From a virus, in the IMG/VR virus record IMGVR_UViG_3300010397_000041, positions 28,426 to 92,425 of that record: DNA of 64,000 nucleotides. One strand, written 5' to 3'. Positions 34,571 to 43,557 of the stretch are shown in pieces. Position 1 is the first letter of the stretch. Each line of letters opens with the position of its first letter. The notes beneath the pieces were generated by a model. It saw only the letters and a list, made by a program, of their open reading frames with translations, ran no database searches and was not told where the DNA came from. The translations under genes and the position numbers were made by a program.

Positions 34571-34891
34571 CTAACGGGACGAATCGGGTGGCGTGTCGCC
34601 GGGCCGGACGGCGCGCAGCGGCCGGCCGGCGGGCGGCTGGGCTGAGGGGTGCCCGACGGCGGCGGCGGTGTCGGCGGCAACGTTGCGGGTCGCGTCGCGC
34701 CACGCTTCCTTGATGGCGCCCCAGGCGTCGCCGATGGCGGACATCGCGCGGCTGGCGAGGGCGGTCGAGAGCCGGTTGGCGTCGTCATCGGTGATCTTGC
34801 GGCGGTCGATGCGGGTGACCAGCTCGTCGACGAGGAGCGCGGTCGGCAGGTTGTCGAGGTCGGGCGGCGCGCTGGTCATGTGGATCAGCAT
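34571..34891 (-). CDS. Hypothetical protein
   Basis: Plausible ORF on the coding strand. Confidence 0.45.
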   Translation of the reverse strand: MLIHMTSAPPDLDNLPTALLVDELVTRIDRRKITDDDANRLSTALASRAMSAIGDAWGAIKEAWRDATRNVAADTAAAVGHPSAQPPAGRPLRAVRPGDTPPDSSR

Positions 34892-34922
34892 GCCGTACCC
34901 GGCAGGTCGCGGCGCGAGTACG

Positions 34923-35117
34923 TCATGGCGGCGCCGGCCGGGGGGCTGGGCCGACCAGGACGGTCCGGACTGAGCGCCAGTTCACGAGCATGCCGCGGCC
35001 GTCGGCGAGGTGCAGCAGTTCGACTTCGCTGCGGGCGAGTGCCTGCGCGACGCGGCGGTGAAGCTCGTCGGTGTCGGTGTCTCGGGGAATTCGTACGGCT
35101 CGCCCGCCGCGAGTCAT
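34923..35117 (-). CDS. Hypothetical protein
   Basis: GGAG RBS; LVNWRSV motif. Confidence 0.5.
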   Translation of the reverse strand: MTRGGRAVRIPRDTDTDELHRRVAQALARSEVELLHLADGRGMLVNWRSVRTVLVGPAPRPAPP

Positions 35118-35153
35118 GGCCGGTTGCTCCGCTCTCTGACGACGGTTCGGAGG

Positions 35154-36605
35154 TCAATTCACCATGTCGACAAACCGGCTGTAGTGCCCTTGGAATGCCA
35201 CGGTGATCGTGCCGGTCGGGCCGTTGCGGTGCTTGGCGACGATCAGATCGGCCTCGCCGGCCCGCGCTGACTCCTTCTCGACCATGTCTTCGCGGTACAG
35301 CAGGATCACGATGTCCCCGTCCTGCTCGATCTGGCCAGAATCACGCAGGTCGGCCAGCGTCGGGCGCTTGTCCGCGCGCAGGTCGGAGGCCCGGTTGAGC
35401 TGGCTGACGACCACGACTGGGATCTCCAGCTCCATCGCGAGCGTCTTCAAGCCGCGGCTGATCTCGCTGATCTCCTGGACCCGGTTGTCGCGGCGGCCCG
35501 CCGTCATCAGCTGCAGGTAGTCGACGAGCAGCAGTCGCAGGTCGTTTCGCTCGTAGAGACGCAGCGCCGCAGCGCGCAGCTCCTGCACGGTCAGGCGAGG
35601 CCAATCGTTGATGAACAGCGGCGCCTCGGCGACCTCGCCCATCCGCCGGGCGAGCCGGCCCCAGTCGTCCTCGGTCAGCCGGCCGGTGCGCATGTTCTGC
35701 AGCGAGACTCGCGCCTCCGCGGCCAGCAGCCGGAGCGTCAGATCGACCCCGGGCATCTCCAGGCTGTACAGCGCCGTCGTCATCCCGTATTTGATCGCCG
35801 CGGCGCGGGCGATGTCGAGACACAGCACCGACTTTCCGACGCCCGGCCGGCCCCCGACGACGACCAGCTGGCCGGGCTGCAGCCCATTCGTCAGGTCGTC
35901 GAGCTCGGCGAACCCGGTCGGCACCCCGGTGATCCCACCTTCGTGGGCAGCGATGGCCTCGATCGCGCCAAGCGCCGAGCCGAGCAGGTCTCCCAGGGGT
36001 CGGGATGGCGGCAGCTTCGTCGATCCGGACAGCCGGGCCGTCGGTCGGGCCACAGACGGCGCTTCGAGGACGACCTGGTCGAGGGTTCTCTCGGTGACCC
36101 GCCGGGCCGGCCGGTCGAAGTCCGCCCACGCTCGGACCGCGGCTAGCACCTCCCTGCAGGGGGCGTCCGGCGTGACCCGGGTGTCCAGGATGATCGCCGA
36201 CTCGTGGTTGCCCCGCAGGCCGGAGAATGTCAGGTTCGCCGACCCGGCCAACACGGTCTCGGACCCGTCGCCGCGGCGGATGTAGTAGCTCTTGGCGTGC
36301 ATCAGCGGTTGTTCGTCGTCGCCGTCGACGAGCAGTAGCGTCGCCCGCGAGCCGTGCGGCTCGAATAGCGCCGCGACTGCAGCCAGGTCGGCCGCGGAGA
36401 CCTGCTCCTCCCGGGCGCCGGTGACCAGGTGGACTTCACCGCCGCGGTCAAGGATGGCCGCCAGGTGCGGCTGGATCAGCTTCAGTCCGTGCTCGGTCAG
36501 GTAGCCGGTTTGGGCGGCAAAGACTCGCGCTTCCTTGAGCTCGGTGAGCATCCATCGCTCGACGGTGTGGTCGGGGCCGCCGGCGGCGGTGTCGAGATAG
36601 CGCAC
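35154..36605 (-). CDS. PLD-family nuclease domain fused to a DnaB helicase C-terminal (RecA-fold) domain
   Basis: MHAKSY...GSANLTFSGL..NHE; GRPGVGKS, YSLEM, VDYLQLM, SQLNR, DLRDSGQIEQDGD, AKHRNGPTG. Confidence 0.9.
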   Translation of the reverse strand: MRYLDTAAGGPDHTVERWMLTELKEARVFAAQTGYLTEHGLKLIQPHLAAILDRGGEVHLVTGAREEQVSAADLAAVAALFEPHGSRATLLLVDGDDEQPLMHAKSYYIRRGDGSETVLAGSANLTFSGLRGNHESAIILDTRVTPDAPCREVLAAVRAWADFDRPARRVTERTLDQVVLEAPSVARPTARLSGSTKLPPSRPLGDLLGSALGAIEAIAAHEGGITGVPTGFAELDDLTNGLQPGQLVVVGGRPGVGKSVLCLDIARAAAIKYGMTTALYSLEMPGVDLTLRLLAAEARVSLQNMRTGRLTEDDWGRLARRMGEVAEAPLFINDWPRLTVQELRAAALRLYERNDLRLLLVDYLQLMTAGRRDNRVQEISEISRGLKTLAMELEIPVVVVSQLNRASDLRADKRPTLADLRDSGQIEQDGDIVILLYREDMVEKESARAGEADLIVAKHRNGPTGTITVAFQGHYSRFVDMVN

Positions 36606-36643
36606 AGGAAGGGGCCTTCGTCCGGAACGGGTGGAGATCGCCT

Positions 36644-36857
36644 ACCGTAGCCGCCGGGCTCGACACGTCCAGACCCGCACTGCCAACTACCCCTGGGAAG
36701 ATTCGCCAACCATCGCTCGAACCTGAGTCGAGTCCCAGGCCACGAAAGATCATCGCCGTTTATCGTTGGTGGTTACACGAGGCGGCGGTGTCGCTCTCGT
36801 CGTCGACCCGGCCTTCCCGGAGGGTTTTGGTCGGCGCCGCCCGGGCGGGGTTACGGT
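36644..36857. promoter_or_regulatory. Divergent promoter region with TACGGT -10-like hexamers on both strands
   Basis: TACGGT at 36852-36857 (+), 6 nt before the PIN GTG, and at 36644-36649 (-) upstream of PLD-DnaB. Confidence 0.4.
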
Positions 36858-36863
36858 GTTCAG

Positions 36864-37358
36864 GTGCCCAGACGCTTTGTGCTCGATTCCAATTTCTTTG
36901 ACGAGCTGGTGAAGTCGCCCGAGGCCTACCAGGCCACCAGAGCCGCGGTCGAGGGAGCCGCCACCGAGCTGCTCGTCGACACAATGGTGCTCGGCCAGCT
37001 CGGCGCCACCAAGGACATCGCCAAGCGGACTCAGATGCTGGCGTATGCCAATGAGCTGTGCCGCCGGGTGGAGCACGGCGGCGCTGGGTATGGCATCGGT
37101 CCGTACGGTGCAGGCCCGTACGGCGGCGCCCGGCCCGCCGAGATGCCGATCGCGACCGCCGTGATCGGCAACGCCACCAATAACGGCACGATGGCCGACT
37201 CCGCCATCGCCGCGACCGCACACTACGAAGGCGCCGTCCTCGTCACTCGCGACGGCGCGCTCCGGAAGAAGGCAACTGCAGAGGGCGTGGAGGTTCTCTC
37301 GCCTGCGGAGTTCTTCACCGAGATCGGTTTCGACACTGCGGAGGCCGCCTCGCCGTAA
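36864..37358 (+). CDS. PIN-domain ribonuclease-like protein
   Basis: FVLDSNFF, ADSAIAATA, LVTRDGAL PIN motifs. Confidence 0.85.
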   Translation: MPRRFVLDSNFFDELVKSPEAYQATRAAVEGAATELLVDTMVLGQLGATKDIAKRTQMLAYANELCRRVEHGGAGYGIGPYGAGPYGGARPAEMPIATAVIGNATNNGTMADSAIAATAHYEGAVLVTRDGALRKKATAEGVEVLSPAEFFTEIGFDTAEAASP

Positions 37359-37569
37359 ACGGGCCGGTTGTCAGCCGCAGGCACCGTGGCGTCTCTCCCG
37401 ATGGAGCCGGGCGTCGAGTCGGAGGCCGGGGCACAGCTGCGCGAGCTGCTCGCCCGGGTCCACCGGATGCCCGGGTGACCGGCCTCCGCCTGCCGTCGTG
37501 CGGCACGCGGAGGCCGGTCGTCGGCCCGGCTGGAAGGTGAGGCGGTATTCGTGGGACCATCTCCGGGAC

Positions 37570-37600
37570 GGCCCCGGGGTGCTTCTCTCACCCCGGGGCC
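37570..37600. terminator. Strong hairpin GGCCCCGGGGT-N9-ACCCCGGGGCC
   Basis: 11-bp perfect stem just after the stop of 37607-37804. Confidence 0.55.
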
Positions 37601-37606
37601 TCCTGG

Positions 37607-37804
37607 TTACTGGCCCCTCTCGTGCTCTGCGGCCAGGAGGTTCGCGGTGTCCTCCTCGATGTTGACGAAGGTCCGCTCCCACTCCTTGCAGGAGCAGTTG
37701 AGGTGCCAGGTGGCCGTGGTTCGCAGGTGGCGGCCCCGACGGTCAGTTTCAACCTTTTCGGTGCCGGGGACCTGTCGGACCAGGACCACGTGGCCTTCTT
37801 CCAT
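37607..37804 (-). CDS. Small hypothetical protein (H...CSC...H)
   Basis: GAGGGGG RBS; TAGTAT -10-like hexamer upstream. Confidence 0.6.
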   Translation of the reverse strand: MEEGHVVLVRQVPGTEKVETDRRGRHLRTTATWHLNCSCKEWERTFVNIEEDTANLLAAEHERGQ

Positions 37805-37932
37805 TTCTCACCCCCTCTCCGTCGGTGTCTCTATACTAGCATCGCGATACCAGTAAAGGCAAATCGCGGGAGTCATGGACGGCTCGAATTTTGGCCTTTT
37901 CTTCACACTGCCATCATGCGTATAGTGGATGC

Positions 37933-38490
37933 ATGATGGCAGTAGACATGAATGCTGATGCGGTACGCGCCAGCTACGACGCGGCCGACCCGATCACCTG
38001 GCGGCGAGCCGTCGCCGACGCTCGAGCACTCGACATCGCCGACGCCGCCGCCCGCCACGGCCGTGAAGCGGTCCGGATCGCGCTCGGCCACGCCGACGTG
38101 TCCGGCGTCGACAAGCTGATCCGCGCCGCGAAAGACACCCGAACCGACCCGGCACGCCTGGCCCTCGCCCTAGCCATCCGGCCGGCGCTCCTACGCGCCG
38201 CGCTCATCAACGCCGCGCCTGGCTGGCACGTCGACCCGCCGAGCGGGCTCGTCTACCGGCTCTACGACGCCGACGGCCAGGAGCTCGCGGACGAAACCGC
38301 GGCCGTGTACCGGCGCGCCGCGTTCGTCGATCTTGGTCGCTTCTGCTGGGGCGTCGCCCGGGTTGACCTCGCAGGCCGGCAGGGCCGGGTCGTGCACGGA
38401 ATGTGCGACGACCCGGCCGAGGCGATCCGCGCCGTGCTCGCCGAGCCGTTCACGTCGGCGCCGACCGAAACCCTCCCGCCGGTCCGCTGA
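37933..38490 (+). CDS. Hypothetical moron-like protein, likely leaderless
   Basis: TATAGT at 37921-37926, 6 nt before ATG; opposite strand to the early operon. Confidence 0.6.
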   Translation: MMAVDMNADAVRASYDAADPITWRRAVADARALDIADAAARHGREAVRIALGHADVSGVDKLIRAAKDTRTDPARLALALAIRPALLRAALINAAPGWHVDPPSGLVYRLYDADGQELADETAAVYRRAAFVDLGRFCWGVARVDLAGRQGRVVHGMCDDPAEAIRAVLAEPFTSAPTETLPPVR

Positions 38491-38652
38491 GTGCCCGCCG
38501 ACGAGGGCGACGGTCATCCTGGCATCCGGCTCGCCCGCCAGGGTTCCGTGAGCATCCAGCGGAACGGCACCCCGGCGACTGCCCGCGCACGTGATGGTGT
38601 GTCGGGTCATCGGGGTTCCAGCGTTTTGACACGAGCGAGAAGGTCACGCAGG

Positions 38653-38985
38653 TCAAGGGCGCGGCGTTAGCGGTGGCCGTGGCCGCCAGCCGAACCGTGG
38701 ACGGCGTAGCTGGGCGCCGCAGTCGCCGCACCATCCCGGGTCGTCAGGGTCGCGGCGGTGCCGGTGCTGACCGGCTGTCGGCGGCGCCGGGATCGGCCTG
38801 CGCGCCGGCCACGGCGACCGCCAGCGCCGGCCGCGGTGGAACTTCGGGCAGTCGCAGCGGCTCAGCCCGACGACTGGCCGGCCGGCCTCGTCGAAGCCGA
38901 TCGGCATCGGCGCGATGCAGCGGCCGGAGAGGCGGCGGCGATGCCAGAACCGTTGGTGGCCGCAGGTGCAGCGGGCCCGGTTCAT
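38653..38985 (-). CDS. Cys/His-rich hypothetical protein
   Basis: CTCGH...H...C...CDC; ATGA coupling. Confidence 0.55.
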   Translation of the reverse strand: MNRARCTCGHQRFWHRRRLSGRCIAPMPIGFDEAGRPVVGLSRCDCPKFHRGRRWRSPWPARRPIPAPPTAGQHRHRRDPDDPGWCGDCGAQLRRPRFGWRPRPPLTPRP

Positions 38986-39167
38986 GTCTGCGCCTCAGCG
39001 GCCGTGTCGGGGGCCGACTCGTGCTCGGCGGCGGATATGCCGCAACGCAGGCAGCTGTCGTCGTCCTCGTCCCGGTCGGCCGCGATGAAGTCGGCGCACG
39101 GGTCGCTGGTGCATAGGTACACGGTGTTGGTGTTGCCGCGTCGCCGCGGCTGCTTCGTACTGGTCAC
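38982..39167 (-). CDS. Small Cys-rich hypothetical protein
   Basis: GAGG RBS; C...C...CLRCG...H. Confidence 0.5.
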   Translation of the reverse strand: MTSTKQPRRRGNTNTVYLCTSDPCADFIAADRDEDDDSCLRCGISAAEHESAPDTAAEAQT

Positions 39168-39387
39168 GGTGTCCTCGCGGGGGTGGGCCGTACGGGGATT
39201 GCCAGCGGGGCCGGTCCGCCGGCCGGGTGAGCGCCTCTGCGAGTGCGTCCCACGCGGCGACCTGGGCGAGCAGCGCCTCAGCTATCCGCCCGAAGGCCTC
39301 GACGAGGGCCGGTGCGGTCTCGGTGAGCTTCTGCCAGGCGGCGGCGGGCGTTCCCAGGTCGAACGACGCCGGCTCGTCGTCGGTCAT
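38995..39387 (-). CDS. Hypothetical protein (RPRWQSPYGP motif); 3' end overlaps the next gene
   Basis: ATGA coupling at the start. Confidence 0.45.
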   Translation of the reverse strand: MTDDEPASFDLGTPAAAWQKLTETAPALVEAFGRIAEALLAQVAAWDALAEALTRPADRPRWQSPYGPPPRGHRDQYEAAAATRQHQHRVPMHQRPVRRLHRGRPGRGRRQLPALRHIRRRARVGPRHGR

Positions 39388-39653
39388 GGGTCGACCAGGC
39401 CGGGTGTCCGGTCGGCGGGGGGCAGGTAGTTGACGAACGGCCCGGGTGAGGTCGGTGCGGGGTCGATGGAGTCGGCCCAGCCGTCGCCGTCCTGGTCGGG
39501 CTGGCACGCTGCCGACGTGGCGGTGGCCACGACGACCTGGCCGGCGGGGCAGTCGACGGGCCACGGTGTCGGGACGAATCCGCTGAGGGCGAGGGCGACA
39601 CCGCCGCCGGCGGCGGCCAGGCCGACGATGGTGATCAGGTTGCGGATGTTCAC
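39384..39653 (-). CDS. Membrane/secreted protein with a DxDGDG Ca-binding-like repeat
   Basis: N-terminal hydrophobic helix; DQDGDGWADSID. Confidence 0.55.
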   Translation of the reverse strand: MNIRNLITIVGLAAAGGGVALALSGFVPTPWPVDCPAGQVVVATATSAACQPDQDGDGWADSIDPAPTSPGPFVNYLPPADRTPGLVDP

Positions 39654-39657
39654 CGGG

Positions 39658-40005
39658 TCACCGGGTCAGCTCGAGGATGGTGATGCCGGCGGCGAGGCCT
39701 CCGATGGCGGCGAGTGCGATCAGGCCGAGGGCTGCCGCGAGCCGGCGGCGCCACCCGGGCCGTGGCGTGCCGGTTGGGGCTTCGGTGTCGGGTTCGCCGC
39801 GCTGTCTGGTGATCGTATCGGCGGCGAGGTGCGCGAGTTCGACCGTCGACCCGTCGTCTGCGGCTGGCCATAGCGACGCGAGAACAGCCCGGACCTGGTC
39901 GAGTTCGGCGCGGGTCTGGTCGTGGCTGGCGCGTTCCGCGATGCGCGCCCGCGTAAGAGCTGTGATCATTTCGAGGGCGCCGTCGATTGGCCGGGCCGTG
40001 GTCAT
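39658..40005 (-). CDS. Coiled-coil protein with C-terminal TM
   Basis: ATGA coupling; hydrophobic C-terminus. Confidence 0.55.
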   Translation of the reverse strand: MTTARPIDGALEMITALTRARIAERASHDQTRAELDQVRAVLASLWPAADDGSTVELAHLAADTITRQRGEPDTEAPTGTPRPGWRRRLAAALGLIALAAIGGLAAGITILELTR

Positions 40006-40376
40006 CGCGGCCCGGTTTCCGCGTCGCCGCCGGCCGGGGCGGCGCAGGACGTGCAGAGGACGACGGGGCGGACGTCGCTGGGCGGGATGCCATCGACGAT
40101 CATCCGGGCCGTCTGGGCTCGGTAGGTGTCGAACGGGACGCTGGCCCCGCAGGCGGAGCAGGTCGCCGCGCAGTGGAGCGGGGCCGCGGCGAGCTGCCGG
40201 GCGAGCTGGGCGACGGATTCGAGCGTCGGGTAGTTGCCTTCGTGGCTGGCGATGAGCGCGGCGTCGCGGGCCTTCTCGCGTCGTTCGAGCTCGTCGACGA
40301 CGGCGGCGGCGAGGTCGGCGATGACGCCCTTGTCGAGGGTCACGACCATGTAGTTCGGGGTTGTGTCGGTGGCCAT
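40002..40376 (-). CDS. Zn-finger hypothetical protein
   Basis: CSAC...CTSC; GGAAAGG RBS. Confidence 0.55.
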   Translation of the reverse strand: MATDTTPNYMVVTLDKGVIADLAAAVVDELERREKARDAALIASHEGNYPTLESVAQLARQLAAAPLHCAATCSACGASVPFDTYRAQTARMIVDGIPPSDVRPVVLCTSCAAPAGGDAETGPR

Positions 40377-40402
40377 GGGTAGGCCCTTTCCATCAGTGGT
40401 GG

Positions 40403-40606
40403 TCAGAGAAGTCCGGTCTGGTGGAGCAGGAGGGCGATGCCGGCGCCGACGGCCAGGCCGAGCGCGGCGGCGCTGGCGAGGTGGGCGCCGAGGACCGCCA
40501 TGCCGTGCCGCCAGGACCGCCGCCCAGGTGCGGGACGGCCGGGCTGGCGGCGGCAGGGGCGTCGGCGGGCGCCGATGCCGATGAGGGTGACCACGAGGGC
40601 GATCAC
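40403..40606 (-). CDS. Small membrane protein
   Basis: Two hydrophobic segments; GTGA coupling. Confidence 0.5.
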   Translation of the reverse strand: MIALVVTLIGIGARRRPCRRQPGRPAPGRRSWRHGMAVLGAHLASAAALGLAVGAGIALLLHQTGLL

Positions 40607-41715
40607 GGCTGCTCCGGTCCCATGGCCGCTTGCCGGAGCGTGCCGACGCCATCGGCCCAGCGGTAGTCGCCCTCCGCGTGCTCGCCCTCGTGGCCGCGAG
40701 GGAGCCGACAGGCCCAGCGAAATGCCGACAGGGCGTAGCTGGTTTGGCAGCGCGTTGGATCGTCGAGGTCGAGCCCTAGTGATCTACCAGGTTTGGCGGA
40801 GCTTGGCGCAGGCTGGGAGTTGAGGGTCTCCAGCGGAGGCGGCGGCCACAGGGTCCCGGCGATCATTCCGGCGACGTCGGCGAGGTCGTCGAGGCGGGCC
40901 GGGTTGAAGCCGGTCCAGTCGAGGCCGCGGAGCGCGTCGACGACGGCGAAGATTTCGGGGCGCCAGGAGCCGTGTTCGGCGGTGCCGGGTTCGCGGTCGA
41001 GTACGAGCCGGCCGTCTGCGGTTCTTGGACTACTTGCAGCCCTACTCGAAAGATCGCTTGGACCTTCTGCCTGCGGTTCCAACGGCTTGGCCTGGTTACT
41101 TGGAACTTCGAGCGCCCGCTCGACGTGGGCGACCTTGACGATCTGCGTCGGGCAGATGCCGGTATGCCCGAGGCTGCCGCGGCCGGAGCAGCGGCAGGGC
41201 CGGCCGGTGAGTAGCGCCCGCACCCGGGCCGTCTGCGCCTCGGCGGTCTCAGCCCGTTCGCGCCAGTGAAGTGCGTCCTGCCCGCGGTCGGCGGCGGTTT
41301 CCTCTGCGCTGGCGAGCGCGGTTTCAAGCTCGGCCGCCCGTGCCTCGGCGGTCTCGGCGTGCCGGGTCATCTCGGTCAGCTCGATGGCGACCTGTTCGAC
41401 GGCCTGTTCCTCAGTGGCGTGGATCGTGACCCACATGGACGGGTAGCCGTGCTGGTTGACGGAGCGGTGCGCCTTGTCGTGGCCAGGCTGCCGCGTGCAG
41501 CAGACGTTGTGCCAGCCGCGCGACAGCTTGCCGATCTCGGCGAGCAGCGCGGTCCGGCCCGCTTCCAGCGCGGCGACGCGGGTGCGCAGCTGCTCGACCT
41601 CGGCCCCGACTGCGGGAGGTGTGGGGTTGGTGTCGGCGGGAACCGGTTCGTCGACCTCGCGGGCCTCTCGGGCGCTGAGGCCGCAGTTGCAGGGACACAT
41701 CTCGTCGTCGATCAC
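40603..41715 (-). CDS. Mosaic coiled-coil hypothetical protein with CxxxxGHxxxH modules
   Basis: GTGA coupling; coiled coils. Confidence 0.55.
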   Translation of the reverse strand: MIDDEMCPCNCGLSAREAREVDEPVPADTNPTPPAVGAEVEQLRTRVAALEAGRTALLAEIGKLSRGWHNVCCTRQPGHDKAHRSVNQHGYPSMWVTIHATEEQAVEQVAIELTEMTRHAETAEARAAELETALASAEETAADRGQDALHWRERAETAEAQTARVRALLTGRPCRCSGRGSLGHTGICPTQIVKVAHVERALEVPSNQAKPLEPQAEGPSDLSSRAASSPRTADGRLVLDREPGTAEHGSWRPEIFAVVDALRGLDWTGFNPARLDDLADVAGMIAGTLWPPPPLETLNSQPAPSSAKPGRSLGLDLDDPTRCQTSYALSAFRWACRLPRGHEGEHAEGDYRWADGVGTLRQAAMGPEQP

Positions 41716-42137
41716 CGCATGCCGCCTGGTCGGCGGCCGGCCTCGTACGCCTCGGCGATGAGCGCGGGATTGATCGGGGCTGGTGGAGGGCTGTCGCTGG
41801 CCTGGATGTGGACGTGCGCGCGGCCGTCGGTGCGGAACTGGCCGCAGCTGCCGCACCGGTCCTCGGCGAGCGCCGCGTCGAGGAGCGTGAGGAACTCGCC
41901 GGCGGTCGGCGTGCGCTCCGTCGACCGCCACAGCCGGTAGGCACGGACCAGTTCGGGGATGCCCGCGGCCAGGCGGGCGACGTGCTCGTCGTCGGACTCG
42001 GCGAGGAGCTTGAGGACTTTGCCGGTCCACGAGTCGGGGCTGCCGCCGAGGGCGAGGGCGAGGTCGCCTGTAGCGTCGAGCGGATGGTCGTCGGCTACGG
42101 CGCACGGCTTGCGTTCGCTGCGCCTGATGGCGGTCAT
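41712..42137 (-). CDS. Hypothetical protein
   Basis: GGAG upstream; coupled. Confidence 0.55.
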   Translation of the reverse strand: MTAIRRSERKPCAVADDHPLDATGDLALALGGSPDSWTGKVLKLLAESDDEHVARLAAGIPELVRAYRLWRSTERTPTAGEFLTLLDAALAEDRCGSCGQFRTDGRAHVHIQASDSPPPAPINPALIAEAYEAGRRPGGMR

Positions 42138-42138
42138 C

Positions 42139-42453
42139 TCAGAACTCCGGCTGGTCGTCGTGGTTGTAGGTCGGTGCCTCCAGCTCCCACGGCCGCACTG
42201 GCTCAGGCCGCCATTTCCCGGCGGCTGTCCGCGCGGTCGCCTCGGAGGTGGGCGTCAGCGCGTAGATCGCCTTGGGGTTGAGGAGCTGGGTGATCCAGCC
42301 GTCGCCGTCGGGGATGTCGAGGCGGATGAAGCCGGCGCCGGCGACGTCCTGTTCGCGGACGCGCCCGGCGCGGCGGATGTGGCCGAAGAGTTCGACGATT
42401 GCCCAGATGTCCAGCGGGCCATCCTCAGCGCCGGTTGGCGCGGTGTCGGTCAT
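42139..42453 (-). CDS. Phage hypothetical protein (WAIVELFGH..AG)
   Basis: Motif recalled from phage proteins; ATGA coupling. Confidence 0.65.
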   Translation of the reverse strand: MTDTAPTGAEDGPLDIWAIVELFGHIRRAGRVREQDVAGAGFIRLDIPDGDGWITQLLNPKAIYALTPTSEATARTAAGKWRPEPVRPWELEAPTYNHDDQPEF

Positions 42454-42683
42454 CGGGCTGCCTGCCCGGTGCGGATCCGCCGGGCGCCGCCGTTCCGGGG
42501 TGGGACGGCCGGCGGCTGGTAGCCGGACCGGTTGGAGCCGCAGCCGTCGATGTGGGGGACGACGAGCGCGCCGGGGTGGCGGTAGTCGTCGATCGCGGGC
42601 CGGCGGCAGGACGGGCACGTCCAGGCGAGAAGTGGGATCGGCCCGTCGAGCGGGGTATAGCCGGAGGCGGTTGGGCGGATCAT
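42450..42683 (-). CDS. Hypothetical protein
   Basis: ATGA couplings. Confidence 0.45.
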   Translation of the reverse strand: MIRPTASGYTPLDGPIPLLAWTCPSCRRPAIDDYRHPGALVVPHIDGCGSNRSGYQPPAVPPRNGGARRIRTGQAAR

Positions 42684-42988
42684 CGGCTGGCGGCCTCTCG
42701 GGGTCGTTGGGCGTGGGCGTTGCAGGTCGGGCACTTCGCGGCCGCGCCGTCGGGGGCCGCGACGCCGGAGGTCTGGACCGCGGGCCCGTGGACGCCGGGT
42801 GTGGTCGCGCCGGGTCTGGGCTGGGTCCAGCCGTGGTCGCAGCCAGGCCCGTCGGTGGGTGTCCAGGCGGGGTTGTGGTGGCAGGGGCAGCGGTCGCCGG
42901 GCCGGTCTGCGTAGCAGCGCGCGACGAACGGGGCGCGGCGCTGCGGCAGCGCGGCGGGATCGGGGTGGAGGTCGGTCATGCCGATCAC
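42680..42988 (-). CDS. Cys-rich hypothetical protein
   Basis: Coupled ORF. Confidence 0.45.
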   Translation of the reverse strand: MIGMTDLHPDPAALPQRRAPFVARCYADRPGDRCPCHHNPAWTPTDGPGCDHGWTQPRPGATTPGVHGPAVQTSGVAAPDGAAAKCPTCNAHAQRPREAASR

Positions 42989-43311
42989 CGGGTGCCGTCG
43001 GGGTCGGTGATGGTGAGGACGACGCCGGGGCCGAGCCGGTGTTCACCGGCGCCGAGGCGGGCGCACCACCAGGCGAACTCGACGTGAAGTCCGGTTTTGA
43101 GGAGGTGGATGACGCGGACGACTGCGATCCCTTCGGCGACGTCGTAGGTGCGGATGTGGCCGCTGCCCCTGCCTGCCTGGTGGGCGTGGATGCGGCCTGT
43201 GCGCGTCCAGTGGTCGATCTGCCGGTAGGTCGCGCCGAGGGCGACGAGGTCGGCGGCGACGAGCCGGCCGGTACGGGCGCGGAGTTCGGCGAGGGACGCC
43301 TGGGTGGTCAT
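42985..43311 (-). CDS. MerR-like HTH protein
   Basis: GATYRQIDHWTRTG...GSGHIRTY. Confidence 0.8.
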   Translation of the reverse strand: MTTQASLAELRARTGRLVAADLVALGATYRQIDHWTRTGRIHAHQAGRGSGHIRTYDVAEGIAVVRVIHLLKTGLHVEFAWWCARLGAGEHRLGPGVVLTITDPDGTR

Positions 43312-43317
43312 CGCCGA

Positions 43318-43557
43318 TCACCGCCCGGGTTCGAGGTCGCGGAGCAGTTCAGCGAGCGGGCAGCCGACCGCGCGGGCCAGCGCGGGCAGGCGGGCGACGG
43401 CGGGATCGTTTCGGCCGGTCTCCCAGTTCGCGATGACGTGGCGGCTGACGTCGAGCGCGTCGGCGAGTTCGAGCTGGGTGAGGCCGGCGATCCGGCGGTG
43501 GTGGGCGATCGCGCGGCCGAGGGTGACCAGGACGTGGTTGCGTTCGCGGCTGGTCAT
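43318..43557 (-). CDS. XRE-family HTH protein
   Basis: GLTQLELADALDVSRHVIANWETGRNDP. Confidence 0.88.
   Translation of the reverse strand: MTSRERNHVLVTLGRAIAHHRRIAGLTQLELADALDVSRHVIANWETGRNDPAVARLPALARAVGCPLAELLRDLEPGR

Noticed and set aside
35154-36605. Ordinary host dnaB marking a prophage boundary
   Set aside because: N-terminal domain is PLD, and phage genes continue on both sides
37359-37560. Antitoxin gene downstream of PIN
   Set aside because: No convincing + strand ORF; - strand frames look non-coding or degenerate
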